DNA from: Alphaproteobacteria bacterium UBA7691 | GTDB lineage: Bacteria > Pseudomonadota > Alphaproteobacteria > Ferrovibrionales > Ferrovibrionaceae | NCBI GenBank assembly: GCA_002482765.1 | Contig: DLGP01000096.1 | Location: 11,212-75,211, forward strand | Direction: 5' to 3' | DNA length: 64,000 bases | Shown here: one piece after another, positions 58,727-64,000 of the stretch | Layout: the number at the start of each line of letters is the position of its first letter | Numbering within the stretch: the stretch's first letter is position 1 | Notes under the pieces: generated by a model | The model's database searches: none | What the model saw: only the letters and a program-made list of their open reading frames with translations | Told to the model about the DNA's origin: nothing | Translations under genes and position numbers: made by a program

Positions 58727-60031
58727 ATGAACATGTTTACCCGACGCAATCTCTTCTCAGCTGCCGCCACCGGCATCGCCGCAGCGGCAGTCAGCCGCTC
58801 GGCGCTCGCCGCCCTGCCGGAACCGGCCTATCCGGCCGGCCCCAAGACCGAGCCGCCGCCGCTGCCCAGCACCGGCCGGCCGTTCAATCCGGTCGTCACC
58901 CTGAACGGCTGGTCAGCGCCCTGGCGCATCAATGGCCAGTGGAAGGAATTCCACCTGGTCGCTGAACCGGTCGTGCGTGAACTGGCGCCTGGCATGAAAG
59001 CCAATCTCTGGGGCTATAACGGCCAGTCGCCCGGCCCGACGATCGAAGCCGTCGAAGGTGACTGGGTCCGGCTGTTCGTCACCAACAAGCTGCCCGAACA
59101 CACCACCATCCACTGGCATGGCCAGATTCTGCCCTCAGGCATGGATGGTGTGGGGGGCTTAAGTCAGCCGCACATCAAGCCGGGCGAGACTTTTGTCTAC
59201 GAGTTCCAGCTCAAAAAATCCGGCACCTTCATGTACCACCCGCATGCCGACGAGATGGTGCAGATGGCGATGGGCATGATGGGCATGTTCATCGTGCATC
59301 CGCGCGACCCGAACCAGTACCGGGTCGATCGCGACTTCGTCTTCCTGATGAACGCCTACGACATCGAGCCGGGAGCGGCGACACCCAAGGTAGCAGAGAT
59401 GACGAATTTCAATCTCTGGACCTGGAACAGCCGTGTCTTCCCCGGCATCGACACTCTGCCGGTGCGGATGGGGGATCGGGTGCGCATCCGTTTCGGCAAC
59501 CTCACCATGACCAATCACCCGATCCACATGCATGGATACGACTTCGCTGTCACTTGCACCGATGGCGGCTGGGTACAGCCATCGGCACGCTGGCCGGAAG
59601 TCACCATCGACTGCCCGGTCGGTGCCATGCGGGCATTTGAGTTCGACGCCGTGCATCCGGGCGACTGGGCTTTCCACTGCCACAAGTCGCATCACACCAT
59701 GAATGCCATGGGCCATGACGTGCCGACCATGATCGGCGTCGATCATCGCGGTATCTCCAAGCGCATGGTCTCGCTCATTCCCGACTACATGACTATGGGT
59801 GAGCGCGGCATGGCGGATATGGGCGAGATGGAAATGCCCCTACCCGACAACACATTGCCAATGATGACCGGCACTGGTCCGTTCGGGCCGATCGAGATGG
59901 GCGGCATGTTTACCGTGGTAAAGGTCCGCGAGGGACTTGCCCGCGGCGATTACAAGGATCCCGGCTGGTACAAGAATCCGCCTGGTACGGTTGCCTATAA
60001 ATACAATGGTGACGTCAACAAGCGCGGCTGA
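58727..60031 (+). CDS. Multicopper oxidase, Tat-exported, Met-rich C-terminus
   Basis: TRRNLF; HWHG, YHPH, HPIHMHG, HCHKSHH. Confidence 0.93.
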   Translation: MNMFTRRNLFSAAATGIAAAAVSRSALAALPEPAYPAGPKTEPPPLPSTGRPFNPVVTLNGWSAPWRINGQWKEFHLVAEPVVRELAPGMKANLWGYNGQSPGPTIEAVEGDWVRLFVTNKLPEHTTIHWHGQILPSGMDGVGGLSQPHIKPGETFVYEFQLKKSGTFMYHPHADEMVQMAMGMMGMFIVHPRDPNQYRVDRDFVFLMNAYDIEPGAATPKVAEMTNFNLWTWNSRVFPGIDTLPVRMGDRVRIRFGNLTMTNHPIHMHGYDFAVTCTDGGWVQPSARWPEVTIDCPVGAMRAFEFDAVHPGDWAFHCHKSHHTMNAMGHDVPTMIGVDHRGISKRMVSLIPDYMTMGERGMADMGEMEMPLPDNTLPMMTGTGPFGPIEMGGMFTVVKVREGLARGDYKDPGWYKNPPGTVAYKYNGDVNKRG

Positions 60032-60061
60032 AGAGCCGCTACACTGCAGAAGGAAAACTCG

Positions 60062-60574
60062 ATGCTAACGATTAATCGCAAACTGATGCTCATGCTGGTC
60101 ACTGGTCTGCTCGGCCTGGCGGCCGTCACCGCCGATGCGGCCCCCGGTCATAGTGGCGGCCATGGCCATGACAACAAGAAAGGTGTCTACGATGGCCATG
60201 CTGCAGCGCTTGGCGAGCCTGGGGACCCGAAAGCTAACGCCCGGGTCGTCAATATCAACATGACCGATGAGATGCGCTTCGGCCCCGCAACGGTGATGGT
60301 CTCGCGCGGCGAAACCATTAAGTTTGTGGTGAAGAACAGTGGCCAGCTCAAACACGAGATGACGCTCGGTACCATGGATGAGTTGGTTGAGCATGCCAAG
60401 GTGATGGAGAAGAACCCGGAGATGGAACATGACGATCCAAATGCGGTGACCGTCGATCCAGGCAAGACCAAGACCATCCTGTGGAAGTTCACCAAGACGG
60501 GAACCTTTGATTACGGCTGCCTGGTTCCTGGGCACATGCAGGGCGGCATGAAGGGGAAGATCATTGTTCGTTAA
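60062..60574 (+). CDS. Cupredoxin (CopI/plastocyanin-azurin-like)
   Basis: KHE, MEHDDPN, CLVPGH...GM type 1 Cu ligands. Confidence 0.9.
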   Translation: MLTINRKLMLMLVTGLLGLAAVTADAAPGHSGGHGHDNKKGVYDGHAAALGEPGDPKANARVVNINMTDEMRFGPATVMVSRGETIKFVVKNSGQLKHEMTLGTMDELVEHAKVMEKNPEMEHDDPNAVTVDPGKTKTILWKFTKTGTFDYGCLVPGHMQGGMKGKIIVR

Positions 60575-60606
60575 AGCCTGATTGAACCGGTAAAGGAGCA
60601 AGAGTC

Positions 60607-60906
60607 ATGAAGAAGATTATGCTGGCTGCAGCGCTGTATCTCGGTCTGCTTGGAACTGGCCCTGATGCTTTTGCCCAGATGACGGGTAAGGGCGAAGGCG
60701 AGATCCGCAAAGTAGACAAGGATGCAAGCAAGATCACCATCAAGCATGGCCCGATCGAGGCCATGGATATGCCTGGCATGACCATGGTCTTCCAAGTGAA
60801 GGATCCAGGCCTGCTGGACAGAGCGAAGGTTGGCGAGACGGTCAATTTCACGGTGACTAAGGACAGTGGCGCCATGGTCCTGACTTCGGTCGAGCCCAAA
60901 AAATAG
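60607..60906 (+). CDS. cusF: CusF-family copper-binding protein
   Basis: KITIKHGPI..MDMP.MTMVF (Met in place of the CusF Trp). Confidence 0.88.
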   Translation: MKKIMLAAALYLGLLGTGPDAFAQMTGKGEGEIRKVDKDASKITIKHGPIEAMDMPGMTMVFQVKDPGLLDRAKVGETVNFTVTKDSGAMVLTSVEPKK

Positions 60907-61086
60907 AGAGGATAGCAGCGCCCCTCCTGGTCCGGATGGTACCGTAGTGGATTCTTAAGTCTACCACCCGGCCAGGGGAGTTTTCTGCTGGATATTGCAT
61001 GATGCCGTCAAAGCTTAGTTCTGTGTTGATTCGACTGACCAATTGCATGAAGGCCTGCCGTATCAGCCTTCATGCATCTTGGCGTC

Positions 61087-61520
61087 ACACGACTTGGGCA
61101 TTAGTGATTCTTATCCTTGTTCCGCTGCTCCCGACGGCTGTTCGCGCCCATACGGAATTCGGCCTCCAGATCAATGTCGATCATGTCTTGATTGAGCCCA
61201 GGGATGGTACGAGTGCGATCTTGAAATTCAGTATTCAAAATAATACTCGAAGTACCATCCACTTGTTGCGGATAGAGACACCGGTCGCATCCGGTAGCCG
61301 GATCATGTTCAATTCCGGGGATGGACGCCAACTGCAGCTGGAATCGCTCGGTGTGGAAACGGAGCAGAATCTGAATTTCGGCACATCCCATATGTGGGTC
61401 GAGCTGACCGGGCTTCGTGAGACGCTGCGCAACGGCATGCATGTTCCCTTGCGTCTCATTTTCAACGCCGGGCAATGGGTCGATGTTGTCGGCGATGTCG
61501 GGGCGCATCATGATCATTGA
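61087..61520 (+). CDS. PCu(A)C-like periplasmic protein (start uncertain)
   Basis: Signal VRA/HT, ETPVA, HMW.EL.GL...L..G..VPL.L.F, C-terminal HHDH; coordinates begin approximately at the signal region. Confidence 0.65.
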
Positions 61521-61596
61521 TTGCCGCCCGACCCCGGGATGCCTGGCCGACCTGCGTCATTTTGCCGTTCGGCTACGCAGGGAGTCGGTGTAGACT

Positions 61597-61962
61597 ATGC
61601 ACATGACCGCCGGTTTGTCTAAAGCACTCCGTCTTTTGGTCGCCATTGGGCTCCTGTTGGGCCCGCTGGCGCCGATGAGCGCCAATTGTGCGCCGGCTGA
61701 TGCTGGCGCGGCCCAGTCGGAAACCATTCAGGCCTCGGCACCTGGTCACGATTGCTGCGACGAAGCCGATCAGGCCGGTCTCGATGGCACTGCCGATCTG
61801 TCGAAGTGCAAGGTTGGCTGCATCGCTATTCCGGGCGTGAGCCTGCCCGCGCAATCAGCCATGACCCGGCTTAATGTTGTGGCTGAACCTTCATTCGCGG
61901 ACCGCGGCATCGCCGACTGGCTGCCGCCGCCGCTTTACGATCCGCCGATCCTCCGCTCCTGA
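61597..61962 (+). CDS. Leader-type protein upstream of the second RND operon
   Basis: Signal/TM, HDCC and CKVGC, C-terminal PPPLYDPPILRS*. Confidence 0.65.
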   Translation: MHMTAGLSKALRLLVAIGLLLGPLAPMSANCAPADAGAAQSETIQASAPGHDCCDEADQAGLDGTADLSKCKVGCIAIPGVSLPAQSAMTRLNVVAEPSFADRGIADWLPPPLYDPPILRS

Positions 61963-62021
61963 CCTGACCCACGGCCCGGCCTGCCGGGCCATGTCTGACG
62001 TCTGGAAACGGAGCATTTTCC

Positions 62022-63302
62022 ATGTTCGAAGCTTTTGTATGGCGTGGTGCCATTGGCGCCATGCTGATGCTGGTTGCCACGATCGGCATCCCGGTTATGG
62101 CTCAACCGACGCTCGCACAGCCTGCTTTGGGCAGCGAGTTGCCCTTGCTGCTGGCGACGGCACGCAGCCAGCATCCCGATATCGCGTTCGCAGCGCTTGA
62201 GCGCGACATGGCGATGGCCCGCGCCTCAGCGGCCGACAGCCTTGCCGACCCAACCTTCCGGGTCGAATTCAACGACAACACGCGCTCATCCGGCCTGCTG
62301 CCCGACCAGCTTGGCTACCGCAAATACATGCTGGAACAGAGCTTCCCATTGGGTGGCAAACGCGACTTGCGCCGCAACATCGCCGATGCCGATACGGCGG
62401 ATGCGCAGGCGCGTCAGGAGCTGGTTGCCAACGAACTGGTCGCGCGGATCAAAGCGGCCCAGGCACAGCGTTTTCTTGCTCAAGCGGGTCTGCGCATCCT
62501 CAATGAACAGCGTGGCCTGCTGGACCGCATTGTCGAGGCAGCAGATCGTGGCTATGCGCAAGGGCGGATCGGACAGGAAGGTGCGCTCAACAGCCGCCTG
62601 GCCCGGAACCGGCTCGAAACCGAGATTGCGCGCCTGCAGGGCGATGTACGCCAGTTCGATGCCCGCCTGAATGGGCTGCTTGGCAGAGATGCTGGTGCCG
62701 ACCTGCAGCCGCCGCTCGGGCTGGCTCCGATGCCGAGGCCCGAGCGGCTGCAGTTCGACAGCCTGATGATCGAAGCGCTCGACCGCAACCCGCAATTCCG
62801 TCAGCTGGCCGCCCGCGGCACCGGCGCCGATGCCAGGCGGCGGCTTGCCGATGCCGACTGGGTGCCAGACGTGTCGCTTGGCGTCGGCACGATCGAACGG
62901 GATCTCGGGGTCCGGGCCTATGAGGCTTATGTCACCCTGAACATTCCGCTGCGCGGCGGTCTGCGGGATGCCAAGAAGAACGAGGCGATTGCCGAACAGA
63001 GCGCTGTTCGGGTCCAGCGCCAGGCCATTGAACTGGAACTGGCCGCAACTCTGCGCGAGATGCTGGCCGGTCTGGAGGCTCAGCGGCGCATCGAGAGTTT
63101 AAGTGGTGGCAGCATCCTGTCCCAGGCTCGGGCAGCCCTGACTGCCCAGTTGCGCGCCTATGAGCAGGGTAGCGGCGGCTTCGCTGACCTGGTTCAGGCG
63201 CAGAGCCGGCTGCGCGAAGTCGAACTGGATGGCATCCGGGCCCAGGCCGAACAACGCCGGCTGCTGGCCGAAATCGAACGTCTGGTCGGAGGTGACCTAT
63301 GA
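62022..63302 (+). CDS. TolC-family outer membrane factor (CusC-like)
   Basis: L.DP, EQ.FP..GKR.LR, PDV.LG, AEIE.LVG. Confidence 0.88.
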   Translation: MFEAFVWRGAIGAMLMLVATIGIPVMAQPTLAQPALGSELPLLLATARSQHPDIAFAALERDMAMARASAADSLADPTFRVEFNDNTRSSGLLPDQLGYRKYMLEQSFPLGGKRDLRRNIADADTADAQARQELVANELVARIKAAQAQRFLAQAGLRILNEQRGLLDRIVEAADRGYAQGRIGQEGALNSRLARNRLETEIARLQGDVRQFDARLNGLLGRDAGADLQPPLGLAPMPRPERLQFDSLMIEALDRNPQFRQLAARGTGADARRRLADADWVPDVSLGVGTIERDLGVRAYEAYVTLNIPLRGGLRDAKKNEAIAEQSAVRVQRQAIELELAATLREMLAGLEAQRRIESLSGGSILSQARAALTAQLRAYEQGSGGFADLVQAQSRLREVELDGIRAQAEQRRLLAEIERLVGGDL

Positions 63303-64000
63303 TTCGCCCTCAATTCATCCTGGCCGGCGTCGCGATTGCGACACTGGCTGGTGTTGGCGGCTACGCCCTGGGAACGCACGGCCTACCAGCAGCAATTCGT
63401 GGCAAGGACACCACTATGTCAGCCATGACATCGAGCCAGCCGGCTGGAGAAGCGCAGAAGGCTGAAAAGAAGCTGCTCTATTACCGCAACCCGATGGGCC
63501 TGCCTGATGTCTCCCCCACCCCAAAGAAAGACTGGATGGGCATGGATTACATCCCGGTCTATGAAGGTGAGGAAGAAGGACCTGATCGCGGCATCAAGCT
63601 CAGTCCGCAGAAGATCCAGCTGCTCGGCGTCCGCACCGAAGATGCCCGCAGCCGCATGCTGTCCAGGCCGGTGCGCGCGACTGCAAGCTTCCAGTTCGAC
63701 GAACGCCGCCAGGTCGATGTGACGGTCAAATACGAGGCCTGGATCGAGAAACTGCTCGTCAATGCGACCGGCGAGCCGGTCAAGGCCGGCCAAACCATGA
63801 TGCTGGTCTACAGCCCGGCCATGGTGCAGGCCCAGGAGGAATACCTGCTGGCCGCACGCCTGCGCGATGAGGCACCTTCCGATGACCGGGCCGTGCGCAA
63901 TGACGCGGAACGCCTCGTCCAGGGGGCGCTGGCACGGCTGCGCAACCTCGATCTGCCCAAAGCTGTCCAGGACCGCCTGGTACGCATCGGCCAGGTCAGC
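63299..64000 (+). CDS. CusB-like RND membrane fusion protein, 3' truncated by window
   Basis: ATGA overlap; frame reads LLYYRNPMGLPD.SP.PKKD.MGMDYIPVY, IEKL.V..TGE.V..GQ, YSP...AQEEYL. Confidence 0.88.
   Translation, partial: MIRPQFILAGVAIATLAGVGGYALGTHGLPAAIRGKDTTMSAMTSSQPAGEAQKAEKKLLYYRNPMGLPDVSPTPKKDWMGMDYIPVYEGEEEGPDRGIKLSPQKIQLLGVRTEDARSRMLSRPVRATASFQFDERRQVDVTVKYEAWIEKLLVNATGEPVKAGQTMMLVYSPAMVQAQEEYLLAARLRDEAPSDDRAVRNDAERLVQGALARLRNLDLPKAVQDRLVRIGQVS

Overview
GC-rich alphaproteobacterial chromosomal window; the lineage is inferred from CtrA boxes, an aapJQMP operon and a ChrR/sigmaE promoter. 1-24 kb is mostly housekeeping: a sigmaE/ChrR-linked fatty-acid modification cluster (ufaD/ufaO/ufaM-like), nudF, cysK-alaX-sseA, aap ABC transporter with two aapJ copies, M20 peptidase, metC, a RelE/ParE TA pair and a highly structured 316-bp element. 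24-37.5 kb holds two convergent GntR-controlled ABC-transporter operons. One encodes a three-subunit Co-type nitrile hydratase/thiocyanate hydrolase-like enzyme, an ICL/PEP-mutase-family lyase and a NicF-like amidase; the other encodes a PuuE-like hydrolase. From ~37.5 kb the DNA is accessory: a decayed flavoprotein, a HEPN-motif ORF, a Tn7-like transposon end (TGT + four ACC-N8-TGACAA sites), a full-length ISPpu12-like element, then a heavy-metal island (Czc-type RND, CopZ/CopA, multicopper oxidase, cupredoxin, CusF, second RND) running off the window. The strongest leads are (i) three metal-operon leader ORFs sharing signal peptide + Cys/His motif + C-terminal Pro-Pro + anti-Shine-Dalgarno pairing, (ii) the nitrile-catabolic operon, (iii) the Tn7-like end and (iv) CtrA boxes in a convergent intergenic gap. 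All calls were made by eye from sequence motifs; no database searches were run.
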